In this document: piece after piece, positions 22,101 through 29,687 of the stretch | How the letters are laid out: each line of letters begins with the position of its first letter | Position numbering within the stretch: the stretch's first letter is position 1 | Origin: Candidatus Omnitrophota bacterium | Lineage (GTDB): Bacteria > Omnitrophota > Gorgyraeia > Zapsychrales > Zapsychraceae | Length of the DNA: 64,000 nt | Assembly: GCA_050250375.1 (NCBI GenBank) | Contig: JBFWOS010000003.1 | Location: forward strand, 739,359-803,358 | Direction: 5' to 3' | Notes under the pieces: model-generated | Seen by the model: only the letters and a program-made list of their open reading frames with translations | What the model was told of the DNA's origin: nothing | Databases searched by the model: none | Made by a program: the position numbers and the translations under genes

Positions 22101-23002
22101 GGATTAGCCGCTTTATTAAATCCAAAACTGATCGGTGGAGTACCTGGAAAACTTGGCCCAGGAATATATCCTTGAGGAAGAGGATCATATAGCCCCCAGG
22201 CTGTTTGACAAGTTCCGGCAACACATTCTTCACTTGGAGCACATAATGCCCCCCCACCACAATCTGTAGTTGTTCCAGGCATTGGACCATACGGGGGCAA
22301 TTGATACACAAAATTTTGCAACTCTATTTGAAAAACTTCTGCTTCAAGGATAAAATTAATAACAATTCCCTCAAAAACTTTGTTCCAATAAAGTGAAAAA
22401 CGACTAACCACATCGTGAGCTTGCCCCAAACCATCTAAGCCAAAAGAGCCATCTGTATCAAAATCATACAAATCAGGAACTTGTTTTGAATCATTAGTCG
22501 AATTTTGCATAGAATTTCGTAAAGCTGATTCCATGAATTGATCAACCAACGGCAATATTTCGGCTGCTAAGCTGTTCCAAGCACTTGTAATGCCTGGTTG
22601 AATAACTGTAACCTGAAGGACAACATTCGCCACAGACAGTACCGCTCCAACAACAGCCAAGGCAACATAAGCCGTCGCTCCTACAGTATAAATAGCTACA
22701 ACTAACAAGATAATCGCAATGATGGCGCCTACAATTGCCCCTAAAAGGCCAGTAGAGGCACATTTTTTTCTTTCTCCTCCCAACTGTGTCATTAATAGAG
22801 AATGACCATAGCTTGCCATAGCGGACGCTAAGGATGCAGCCCCTTGATTAGAGCCGATCTGTGTTGATGTCTTATTTTGACCTACTCGACCTAAATTAAG
22901 CGTAACCGCATAAAATATCAAAGCAAAAGCAACTATAAGCAAAATAACAACTGAAACTTGGCCATTTTTTTTAATTAATGATTTTTTTGAAAAAATGTGC
23001 AT
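19121..23002 (-). CDS. 1293-aa TadG-like pilus-associated protein. N-terminal TadE/G-type hydrophobic segment plus extra TM helices; extremely Cys/Pro/Gly/Asp-rich extracellular region.
   Basis: N-term KKNGQVSVVILLIVAFALIFYAV resembles the TadE/TadG N-domain but lacks Glu at +5. More than 60 Cys arranged in CxxC/CC/CxC clusters (e.g. CSSCCLPETSPDP…PGCCDCCTKPP; C-terminus CVAACGGPGCPACSGNCLADCGG). Sits between the tadB/C genes and the TadE-like genes. Confidence 0.6.
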   Translation of the reverse strand: MHIFSKKSLIKKNGQVSVVILLIVAFALIFYAVTLNLGRVGQNKTSTQIGSNQGAASLASAMASYGHSLLMTQLGGERKKCASTGLLGAIVGAIIAIILLVVAIYTVGATAYVALAVVGAVLSVANVVLQVTVIQPGITSAWNSLAAEILPLVDQFMESALRNSMQNSTNDSKQVPDLYDFDTDGSFGLDGLGQAHDVVSRFSLYWNKVFEGIVINFILEAEVFQIELQNFVYQLPPYGPMPGTTTDCGGGALCAPSEECVAGTCQTAWGLYDPLPQGYIPGPSFPGTPPISFGFNKAANPTHPCFINPAAIPSVCSSCCLPETSPDPRGPAFGQLPIRPGCCDCCTKPPTIDIPDPTNPGNTITVTNPDYCGFDPNCGTVNPSLECGTASTCQALSPYGAIEPTLGTFYQWVYDVYVEDYENAFFSFRELIGRDDEHQLYFKDSSDPNWAQQFAPPWNGSGYYVDDTTGFYSGLTVVPPAVAENRIGIFPFLYMVSDWGFDLDDVITGGSPEPVDNPNDQRCKWCDANRGVVCNPNLPYLMTQLDLVQNPLALTYQTSYCVDTDIDDVTLALTGSFEMSQDICADPYSYGGGPFWKRGADRFCSEGDIGGDTAWPYEGQCRKYYDGNCFLDPNRNGVADCPAECDSSNNPIPALCECGDPSAANPLDVAPALFPEDLLDDMVYDLTVFIAEANKLLGTSRAQLSQKFTEWFNDWQAWIDPGPLAGVTFPASAPNPYGQCYPWDSDYDPVTANACQTQPGKLYIWHNNIELIKDELVNLRDQSFQGAACGSPWCIPPRGCPGVSPYEEVTFDANGNGIDGDLEDIVACMNFNVEGYDYACNGGVPDISCVNGPGTNQGNTWRYLQCMLTCSSANCSNLPRSVIPLATYDPSAYVAADPADEPDMLAMLQCVYNCSNVSCTAMPATQSSTAAAYPYQATIGTFDQFVDCTGFALNNTNNFRTLVRDALVQANPICDINSGGWLQLTGTAAIEAQNHSKKLEMRRDYLSSISTDLNSHIPFLITASNRFSDFLTGPVADLIQARFDYDADPPDAFPFHVVYGWQDEIPPQFRLGAPGGESYWHITKVEGRMPKRCDNACGLGGGPDPEWPKVRTYTEKGGFKRCYELVNTDGIVKFRVTRFDESPNSTAGTGLVFPNGQPLWKFKYFHPNPGRADMSAATLGSTCEPIMITDPAVPPDTFKGAFLMNKRIGAGPAAPPACVAACGGPGCPACSGNCLADCGGDDAPGNNWNCWNRSHAILANAGIASETCAQYYYKDGVRPGLTFSFIDCPAAGF

Positions 23003-23020
23003 TCTTACCGACCCATTAAA

Positions 23021-23299
23021 TTAATTTGTCCAAATTGCGTTCATATCTGAACCACCTGAAAAATAAGGAGAAATTTGTTTTATTTGCTCACTATCCGCGG
23101 GATCAACATAACCTCTAGTTCCTGTAGATCTTAATACTGTGTCATGCTTTTGCCTTCGGTCGGTAAACTCCCTTCCGCTCCATTCAAAAATTTTTGTAAG
23201 TGAATAAATCATTAAGAAAACTATAATCATGCACAAAGTAAATTCAATCATTACTTGACCAAGTTTTTTTGATCTATCTTTCCTTTGCAAGCGCAACAT
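23021..23299 (-). CDS. tadE: TadE-like minor pseudopilin
   Basis: 92 aa; N-term KKLGQVMIEFTLCMIIVFLMIY has the class-III prepilin G/xxxxEF motif followed by a TM helix. Confidence 0.65.
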   Translation of the reverse strand: MLRLQRKDRSKKLGQVMIEFTLCMIIVFLMIYSLTKIFEWSGREFTDRRQKHDTVLRSTGTRGYVDPADSEQIKQISPYFSGGSDMNAIWTN

Positions 23300-23325
23300 A
23301 ATTTCGAACTCCTACCGTAACAGCA

Positions 23326-24618
23326 TTATTTCAAATATTGCACATTTGGATCATTGTCCGTGGGGGTAATCCATTTCCTTCCATGTTTATCTACAATTCG
23401 ACTTCTAACAAAAATAATAGGATCTAAGGTTCCTGGTCCGGCTGTAACCATGCATGTTCTGGTAAAATTAGCAGCATTAAAACAGCATAAATTATCCGGA
23501 CAGCAAACTTCTACAGGATTTGTAATAGATGCTGTCCAACCCGCTTGATTTCCTAAAATTGTTCCGGGCAAAACAACCGTTGTCCCATCACAAAATCTGC
23601 GAGTATCATAGCTTAATTGTAATGTACGCTGAATAATATCTACTGAATCCTTCCTTTGAGCTGATCGTACATATCTTCTAGTATCCCCGCTAACTTCATA
23701 CAATTTCCCTTCATCAATTAATAAGTACGTTCCTACGCCATCCCCGGAAGCCAAGGGATTTTTACTATAAGTGTACATTTGAACATCCTGATTTGAAAAA
23801 CCAGGCGATGGCCGGGTTTCATCAGGGCTAAAGGATAGATCCCCTTCCTGAAAATCCATAACATCGACCGAAATATTCCCATTCTTTCCTAAAACTCTCT
23901 CTGTAAAACCATCGCCATCCACATCCACTAATGTAAACGCGCCGCTCTCCGTATCTATTTGACTTGGATCTGCAGCAATCCACTGCCACCAAAATGCATC
24001 ACAATTCGTATTATCAACGCCATCGTCCAATAAACCATTTTGATCCAAATCAAATCTGTAATGTGTCACTCCCCCAACGACATCAAAACAACTATTTACA
24101 TTACCACCACATCTACAAAAATCTGTAGCAGGATGATTATATTGCTGCTTAAAAACTCCCTGATTAAGGGGATATGTCCTTAAGCTTGCCGCTGTTAAAG
24201 GAAAATGAACTCCATTTACAAAAAAATCAGTCATCGGTAAATTTGCAAACTCCCCTGGATCCACGGGCATAAATAAATTTCTGGAATGTGAGGCGGAACC
24301 AGTCGCTATTTGAGGCGTTCGATCAATCGCACCATATTTCGCTGATTGTGCAGTTAAACGATCTTCCAAAATAAACACTGTGGCAGAATTACGAGAGGCC
24401 GTTCCATCTTGCCAATTTCCTGGTGGAGCTTTTATTCCCTCACTATACTCAAATGAAGTTAACATAGCCATTCTAAAGGCCTTTAAACGAGTATCTTGCT
24501 GGTAAGAAGAACCTAAAATTGTCCTTACAATAAGTCCCACCAAAAATATTACGACCGCCCCAAATACGGCCAATTCTAATGTTGTCTGTGCTTTTTGCAT
24601 ATAATTAAAAGTCATCAA
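23326..24618 (-). CDS. Large (430 aa) TadE/pseudopilin-like protein with Asp-rich putative Ca-binding repeats
   Basis: N-term KAQTTLELAVFGAVVIFLVGLIV is prepilin-like. C-terminal half has FDLDQNGLLDDGVDNTNCD and VDVDGDGFTE motifs (DxDxDG-type). Confidence 0.55.
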   Translation of the reverse strand: MMTFNYMQKAQTTLELAVFGAVVIFLVGLIVRTILGSSYQQDTRLKAFRMAMLTSFEYSEGIKAPPGNWQDGTASRNSATVFILEDRLTAQSAKYGAIDRTPQIATGSASHSRNLFMPVDPGEFANLPMTDFFVNGVHFPLTAASLRTYPLNQGVFKQQYNHPATDFCRCGGNVNSCFDVVGGVTHYRFDLDQNGLLDDGVDNTNCDAFWWQWIAADPSQIDTESGAFTLVDVDGDGFTERVLGKNGNISVDVMDFQEGDLSFSPDETRPSPGFSNQDVQMYTYSKNPLASGDGVGTYLLIDEGKLYEVSGDTRRYVRSAQRKDSVDIIQRTLQLSYDTRRFCDGTTVVLPGTILGNQAGWTASITNPVEVCCPDNLCCFNAANFTRTCMVTAGPGTLDPIIFVRSRIVDKHGRKWITPTDNDPNVQYLK

Positions 24619-24627
24619 TATTGTATG

Positions 24628-24942
24628 TTAATATGCCCCGACGGCAATTGATCCCCTTCTTAAATCCAAAGAATTAGTGCTGTCAATTCTTGTCGTTTGT
24701 AGCCCCAACGGCGTGTCGATTGAAAACAAAGTTGTTTCTGTATTTGATAATAATGTATGAAGTACGCTCGTATTAGCCGTTCTTGGATCATATTGATCAG
24801 CCAATTCATCTACTGAATCTTTCCAGCGCCCCTGAATACCTCTTTTGAAATAATTAGATGAAGCCAATAGTGCCCCCATAATGATGATCAATAAAACAGA
24901 ATATTCTATTGCGGATTGCCCTTTTTTTAATTTTTTTAACAT
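24628..24942 (-). CDS. Flp-like prepilin paralog (104 aa)
   Basis: MLKKLKKGQSAIEYSVLLIIIMGALLA: class-III signal G/QSAIEY plus TM helix; conserved KRGIQGRWKD segment; SD upstream. Confidence 0.65.
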   Translation of the reverse strand: MLKKLKKGQSAIEYSVLLIIIMGALLASSNYFKRGIQGRWKDSVDELADQYDPRTANTSVLHTLLSNTETTLFSIDTPLGLQTTRIDSTNSLDLRRGSIAVGAY

Positions 24943-24957
24943 AATAAATCCCCATTT

Positions 24958-25308
24958 TTAATTAGGATTTGGTTGTACCCCTAAATTAATTACTGCATTA
25001 GTATAAATAAACACAACATCATCATACACATAGTTCATAACGCCGGCTACATCATTCGTTCGTTTATTGACATCGGCTCTTGAAATCGAAAATGAACTAT
25101 CCAAATGGCTTTGAGACATATCATTAAATCTCTGATCCGCTAAATTCTGAACACCAATTTGATCAGCTACAAGCTTAGTCCATCCTTGCGAGGACCTTCT
25201 AACCATCGGCCCCATAGCGGCCATAATCGCAATTATTGTTGCTAGAATAATTGTGTACTCTATCGCCGATTGTGCTAACCGCTTTTTGTATTTAGTTAAT
25301 CTAAGCAT
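24958..25308 (-). CDS. Flp-like prepilin paralog (116 aa)
   Basis: KKRLAQSAIEYTIILATIIAIMAAMG: A/QSAIEY motif plus TM helix. Confidence 0.6.
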   Translation of the reverse strand: MLRLTKYKKRLAQSAIEYTIILATIIAIMAAMGPMVRRSSQGWTKLVADQIGVQNLADQRFNDMSQSHLDSSFSISRADVNKRTNDVAGVMNYVYDDVVFIYTNAVINLGVQPNPN

Positions 25309-25313
25309 ATATT

Positions 25314-25709
25314 TTAATCAGCATTTACTGGAGACGCCGTCGTGCTGACTGAACCCGTACTTGTCGTTTCACTTAAACTTTTACGAAATATTCCAGATGA
25401 CAATGGATACGAAGGTAAATCTTGACTGATATTGTCTACGGTTCGTACAACATCAGATACGCTACTAGTATAATAGGGTTCATATTGTATATATACGTTT
25501 GTGCCAGCATAGGCAGTACCAACACGCGTTCTGACAGTATTCAACATAGAATTGTGCGCGTCTCTTACTCTAGCCTGAATAGCTCTTCTGAAATATGCTG
25601 ACATCCCGGAAATTACTGCAATTGCAACAAAAAAAACAATAACATATTCACTTGAAATCATTTGAGCTTTTTGGCTTATAATTTTTTTGTTTTTAAGAAT
25701 TCTAAGCAT
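25314..25709 (-). CDS. Flp-like prepilin paralog (131 aa), divergent
   Basis: SQKAQMISSEYVIVFFVAIAVISGMSAYFRRAIQARVRDA: prepilin-like motif with 6-residue spacing; shares the RRAIQARVRDA segment with the 26283 gene. Confidence 0.5.
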   Translation of the reverse strand: MLRILKNKKIISQKAQMISSEYVIVFFVAIAVISGMSAYFRRAIQARVRDAHNSMLNTVRTRVGTAYAGTNVYIQYEPYYTSSVSDVVRTVDNISQDLPSYPLSSGIFRKSLSETTSTGSVSTTASPVNAD

Positions 25710-25784
25710 AATTAGTTAATAACCCTGATACTAATATTATACATTACTACTCATAAAAACACCAAAATTAATTATAGTCATTGA

Positions 25785-25842
25785 AAGTTTTAAAAACAAA
25801 ACATGGCTTACCTGAGAAAATTTACTTCTCAAGTAAGCCATG
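25785..25842 (-). terminator. Strong hairpin plus U-tract inside the pilin gene array (intrinsic terminator/attenuator)
   Basis: catggcttacctgagaa / ttctcaagtaagccatg form a 17-bp stem with one mismatch and a 7-nt loop (25802..25842). On the minus strand it is followed by TTTTGTTTTT. Lies about 45 nt downstream of the stop of gene 25889..26218. Confidence 0.55.
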
Positions 25843-25888
25843 CATTGTGAATGTTTTTTAATAACATATTGTGATTAATTACACAATA

Positions 25889-26218
25889 TTAGTTACCCCA
25901 AAACTCCTGATTAACGTTCATAACTGATGAATTCATCAGATCAGTTGTTACTTCAGCTTTTGTTAAAGTTGATTGCGTAACGCCTGACAAGAACGTATCT
26001 TGTGTTTGAGATGAAGTAACCATTTTCTTAATAACATTAGTATTACCTGTTGAGAATTGGTCACCGATGTCATCAGCAGCACTCTTCAATCGTCCTTGAA
26101 CACCACGTTTGATGTATACCTGGATAGACAAAAGGGCACCGATAATGATGATAATCAGAATCGCATATTCCAATGTACTCTGACCTTTTTTTCTATTTTT
26201 GTTAAAATACTTAAGCAT
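25889..26218 (-). CDS. Flp-like prepilin paralog (109 aa)
   Basis: KKGQSTLEYAILIIIIIGALLSIQVYIKRGVQGRLK; AGGAGG SD 8-12 nt upstream. Confidence 0.65.
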   Translation of the reverse strand: MLKYFNKNRKKGQSTLEYAILIIIIIGALLSIQVYIKRGVQGRLKSAADDIGDQFSTGNTNVIKKMVTSSQTQDTFLSGVTQSTLTKAEVTTDLMNSSVMNVNQEFWGN

Positions 26219-26282
26219 TGATATATCCTCCTAAATTAATCCTCTAACATAATCGCAGAGGGATTAAGTTATTAACTTCTGA

Positions 26283-26642
26283 TTACAGACCTTGAATTAA
26301 CCCCAGGGTTGTATTATATGACGATTGTTGAAAACCACCAATACCTCTACTTCGTTGGTCTTCTAACTCTGTGCGTGTCGTAGTATTGTCCAATAATTGA
26401 GATTGAACTGAGTTAGTACTAACTAGGTAGTTTGTTGTTAAGTAGTATGGTTCATACTGGTTTGTTGTACCCAATGCCGCTGATTGCGTAGTTAGATACT
26501 GCCCAGCATCACGAACCCTCGCTTGTAGAGCGCGTTGAGCGTATGTCTGCATCGCAATAATACCCGCAACAACCAGAGAGATAAGGATTGCATATTCAGC
26601 GGTATTTTGCGCCTTTTTATTTTTAATTAACTTTCTAAACAT
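26283..26642 (-). CDS. Flp-like prepilin paralog (119 aa)
   Basis: KKAQNTAEYAILISLVVAGIIAMQTYAQRALQARVRDA; AGGAGG SD upstream. Confidence 0.6.
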   Translation of the reverse strand: MFRKLIKNKKAQNTAEYAILISLVVAGIIAMQTYAQRALQARVRDAGQYLTTQSAALGTTNQYEPYYLTTNYLVSTNSVQSQLLDNTTTRTELEDQRSRGIGGFQQSSYNTTLGLIQGL

Positions 26643-26691
26643 TTATTTATCCTCCTAAGATTAAATTCACAAAAAATTGAATTTTCGAGCA

Positions 26692-26913
26692 TTAGTTAGA
26701 TGTAGGCCGTGATGTAAGTAATCGGTTGGCCATATCTTCCATACCATTGGTGCCCGTAGCTAATGTACCGTTAAACGCCGTTCGGAAAATACCACCAGGC
26801 CCTAGAAAAACAAGTAGGGCAGCCAAAACAGCAGCTACCAAGATGATATACTCAACGGTACTCTGACCTTTCTTTTTCTTTTTAGGGTTATTCACAATAT
26901 TCCTTTTAAGCAT
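26692..26913 (-). CDS. Flp-family pilin (73 aa)
   Basis: KKKKKGQSTVEYIILVAAVLAALLVFLGPGG: classic Flp G/xxxxEY plus TM; AGGAGG SD. Confidence 0.7.
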   Translation of the reverse strand: MLKRNIVNNPKKKKKGQSTVEYIILVAAVLAALLVFLGPGGIFRTAFNGTLATGTNGMEDMANRLLTSRPTSN

Positions 26914-26970
26914 TGTATTCCTCCTTAAAAAAGTTCACTTTAGGATAATCTCCGTTGGAAAAATAACGGA

Positions 26971-27138
26971 TTACTGATTTCTGGATTCTTGAAGTATTAT
27001 CTGTTGTGTAGCTTGAACCGATCTAAATACATAGGTACTCATGGCAATAGCCGCTGCTGCCACAATAGTTGCGATTAAGGCATATTCTAATATGCTTTGG
27101 CCTGTTTTGTTGTTTCTAATTTCTTGTTTTAGCCTCAT
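26971..27138 (-). CDS. flp: Flp pilin (55 aa). Not in the ORF track because it is under 60 aa; first gene of the pilin array.
   Basis: Manual translation: MRLKQEIRNNKTGQSILEYALIATIVAAAAIAMSTYVFRSVQATQQIILQESRNQ. Textbook Flp size and motif. Confidence 0.7.
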   Translation of the reverse strand: MRLKQEIRNNKTGQSILEYALIATIVAAAAIAMSTYVFRSVQATQQIILQESRNQ

Positions 27139-27313
27139 CGTAACCACCTTATGTACTTCTCAGATAATCTTTGCTCTTATCACATTATTTTGCGACTGAA
27201 TCCTAAGAGCTATATTGCCAAATCTAGGTATAAAATAACCCTAGACTTGACACTTCAAAATGACCCAAAAGTCATTCTGAAGAATAAAACACCTAATCAG
27301 GTGTGCACAACTC

Positions 27314-27343
27314 AAAAAAAAGCCTCTATATTTTTATAGAGGT
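27314..27343 (-). terminator. Intrinsic terminator after the upstream Tad operon (HTH gene), before the pilin-array promoter region
   Basis: cctctata / tatagagg 8-bp stem with a 4-nt loop, followed on the minus strand by U8 (A8 on the plus strand at 27314..27321). Confidence 0.55.
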
Positions 27344-27538
27344 TATATCTTAATTCAATAATTCTTTCAAAGAACTATAAGAACATCTATTTATTAAGTT
27401 ACTATATAATAAATCTTTCATCAAATTCTCCAAGCAGAATTTCATATTAAATACTGTATATAAATGTTCAAAGTGTTAAAAGTATAGCATATGAATCACT
27501 GCTGTCAAGGCGAAATGCCAAACTATTTAATAATTTAA

Positions 27539-29248
27539 TTATACCCTAATTTTTACACATCTTCCGAAAGAATCGAGGACGTCTCTATTATTTAAAACCT
27601 TCATCGCGTCATTAATTAGACAAAAAAGTGGTGCGCTTTCTTTAATATCCAAGGTAAAGATTAATTCATTTTCCTGAAAATCGACTGTCCCGCAAATTTT
27701 ATAAATTTCTATAAGTATATTATTTTCAATGTCATAAGAATCATCTATTTTAAAATAATGACAAATCATGTAAGTTCTTAGAAAGTTATATACCTTCATA
27801 TAAATATCCTTTAAATGACAAAAATCTGCAAGATCTTGTTCTTTTTGCGCATGAGCTGTTAAAATTGACTTTTCAGGTGAAAAATCTACCTTAGACTCAC
27901 CAATTTTTTCCAAATATCGGCTAATAACATAATTATATCCTTCTTTTAGATTTGTAATTATTGCAAATAACGGGGCCAGATTCTCCCCCTTCCAAACTGT
28001 CAAAACTGTTAAATCCCCCTTTAATCCATCTACTTTTTTATTAAAATAGTCCGTTTTTGTTGTAGTATACAAGATTGCCTCTTTGCAACTCCAAACCTTA
28101 AAACATTCTTTAGGTGCCCATTGTGAGGCTTTTGTAATTTTTGTAAAGTTTATATTATTTTCAAAAACACCAAAGGCAAATTTTCTACGAAACTGGGGGA
28201 TAAATGAAAAGCTTGCTAAAATATTATCGGCATCCTTGGTTCCAATTACACAAATTTCTTCTATCTTATAACCGTCTACTCCCTCTAAAGCACCCATTAG
28301 ATCAAAAAAGTCATTTGAGAATATATCTTCAGATAAGTGATCAACCATTATTAGTGGATGCGTATTGTTTATGATGAAATTCGATAATTTGTCCAATGAG
28401 GTTTTCAATGGAAAAAAACTTTTTATAACTGTATCCGCACCAATTAATTCTGTAAGATTTGCGTTTAATTTTATTGCTTTTTTGTTTTCTAGTCTAATTA
28501 AAAAACCACCAACCTGACTTAATAACTGATCTAATTCAAGTTCTAACTTTGAAATCATCGAAAGCCTAGTATTCATTTTTATCTCTTCGTCCAATATTTG
28601 TGTAGTAATGCTCAAATCTTTAATCTGGTCCGTAATAGACAAAAACAAATTTAAATCCCTATTTTCTTGAATTATATCTAAAGCCACATACATAAATACG
28701 GAATTACAAAATTTATCATACACTTCTTTGTTATGATCTGTATTATATGCCTGCATTAATGTCCCCAGGAATCCTTCTTCTAAATTTTCTAAAAATGCTA
28801 ATTTTAAGAAAATTAGTCCTGCATATTTAATATTTATCTGCGAAAGAGAGACATCAACAGCATTTTTAATCAAAACCGCTTTTTGTTCAGTTAAACTAAC
28901 ACCTGAACCTGTTGAATTCTGATTGGACAAAAATTCATTTTTAGTTTTTACAGAATTTGTATCTTTTGGAAGAGGTATCTTGTGTAGCTCTTTTGAGATT
29001 TGCTGTTTCTTCTCAGAGGGTATTTGAAATTTTTTATTCTTTTCTTCAATTTTCTTACTAGGACGTCCCACTGAATTACTTAAATTAGTACTTTTAATGA
29101 TTGAATTTACGGATGATTTCGAAACTTTAATTTTAAATTTCTCAGAAGTCAATTCGGCTAATTCTCTACAACCAAATTTTGGATTATCCCTTTTCTGATC
29201 AATTATAAAATTTATTACATCTTGTTTAAGTTTATGTGTAACGCCCAT
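27539..29248 (-). CDS. Hypothetical 569-aa protein with N-terminal helix-turn-helix-like segment; inside the Tad locus
   Basis: Start placed at MGVTHKLKQDVINFIIDQKRDNPKFGCRELAELTSEKFKIKVSKSSVNSIIK (HTH-like). The annotated 619-aa ORF would overlap the DUF192 gene. The rest of the protein has no domain I can recognise by eye. Confidence 0.5.
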   Translation of the reverse strand: MGVTHKLKQDVINFIIDQKRDNPKFGCRELAELTSEKFKIKVSKSSVNSIIKSTNLSNSVGRPSKKIEEKNKKFQIPSEKKQQISKELHKIPLPKDTNSVKTKNEFLSNQNSTGSGVSLTEQKAVLIKNAVDVSLSQINIKYAGLIFLKLAFLENLEEGFLGTLMQAYNTDHNKEVYDKFCNSVFMYVALDIIQENRDLNLFLSITDQIKDLSITTQILDEEIKMNTRLSMISKLELELDQLLSQVGGFLIRLENKKAIKLNANLTELIGADTVIKSFFPLKTSLDKLSNFIINNTHPLIMVDHLSEDIFSNDFFDLMGALEGVDGYKIEEICVIGTKDADNILASFSFIPQFRRKFAFGVFENNINFTKITKASQWAPKECFKVWSCKEAILYTTTKTDYFNKKVDGLKGDLTVLTVWKGENLAPLFAIITNLKEGYNYVISRYLEKIGESKVDFSPEKSILTAHAQKEQDLADFCHLKDIYMKVYNFLRTYMICHYFKIDDSYDIENNILIEIYKICGTVDFQENELIFTLDIKESAPLFCLINDAMKVLNNRDVLDSFGRCVKIRV

Positions 29249-29315
29249 AATTATTTCAACGTTCCAGATTGGACAAAAACTTAGTATAACAAGAGTTTTC
29301 AAGGCGGTCAATGAC

Positions 29316-29657
29316 TTACTGAAAGATAATTTTGTCCCCCAATTCACTTTTTGATATAGAAATGGCTCCAACCGGTAATTCAATCGCAACCGAAGCATTC
29401 CAATAAATCCTACTCATTTGATTAGGTTTTATATTTTTGATTAAACCAACTACTTTCTTTGAATTATTAACAAAAATTACGTCTATTGCAAATTTCATAA
29501 AAAACATATGAATAGAATTACACCGGGTAATAACTAGCGCCTCATTGTTTAAAAGTTGTTCATGTTTCAGCAATCCAATCATTCTGGACAAAAATGTATC
29601 TGCGATTTTTGCTTTGTTTGCAATAACCGTTTTTTTCGAATCATTAAAAATAATCAT
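29316..29657 (-). CDS. DUF192 (COG1430) family protein
   Basis: 113 aa; …FLSRMIGLLKHEQL…ALVITRCNSIHMFFMKFAIDVIFVN… matches the DUF192 signature pattern (GLMGR…C.SIHTFFMRFPIDV.F) as I recall it. Confidence 0.5.
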   Translation of the reverse strand: MIIFNDSKKTVIANKAKIADTFLSRMIGLLKHEQLLNNEALVITRCNSIHMFFMKFAIDVIFVNNSKKVVGLIKNIKPNQMSRIYWNASVAIELPVGAISISKSELGDKIIFQ

Positions 29658-29687
29658 AAATTAGAAGAGATTTATTATGGTTTGATT

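Noticed and set aside
21946-22311. 121-aa minus-frame ORF and several plus-strand ORFs inside 19121..23002
   Set aside because: Alternate-frame or antisense ORFs inside the 1293-aa gene; low-complexity His/Gln-rich translations.
27539-29248. Possible transposase or IS element (N-terminal HTH resembles IS630/Tc1-type transposase HTH)
   Set aside because: No DDE/DDD catalytic triad that I recognise. No terminal inverted repeats or target-site duplications flanking the gene. It is operonic with the tad genes. Left as a hypothetical regulator.
27539-29398. 619-aa version of the HTH protein
   Set aside because: The N-terminal extension overlaps the DUF192 gene. The Met at 29248 precedes the HTH-like segment and removes the overlap.
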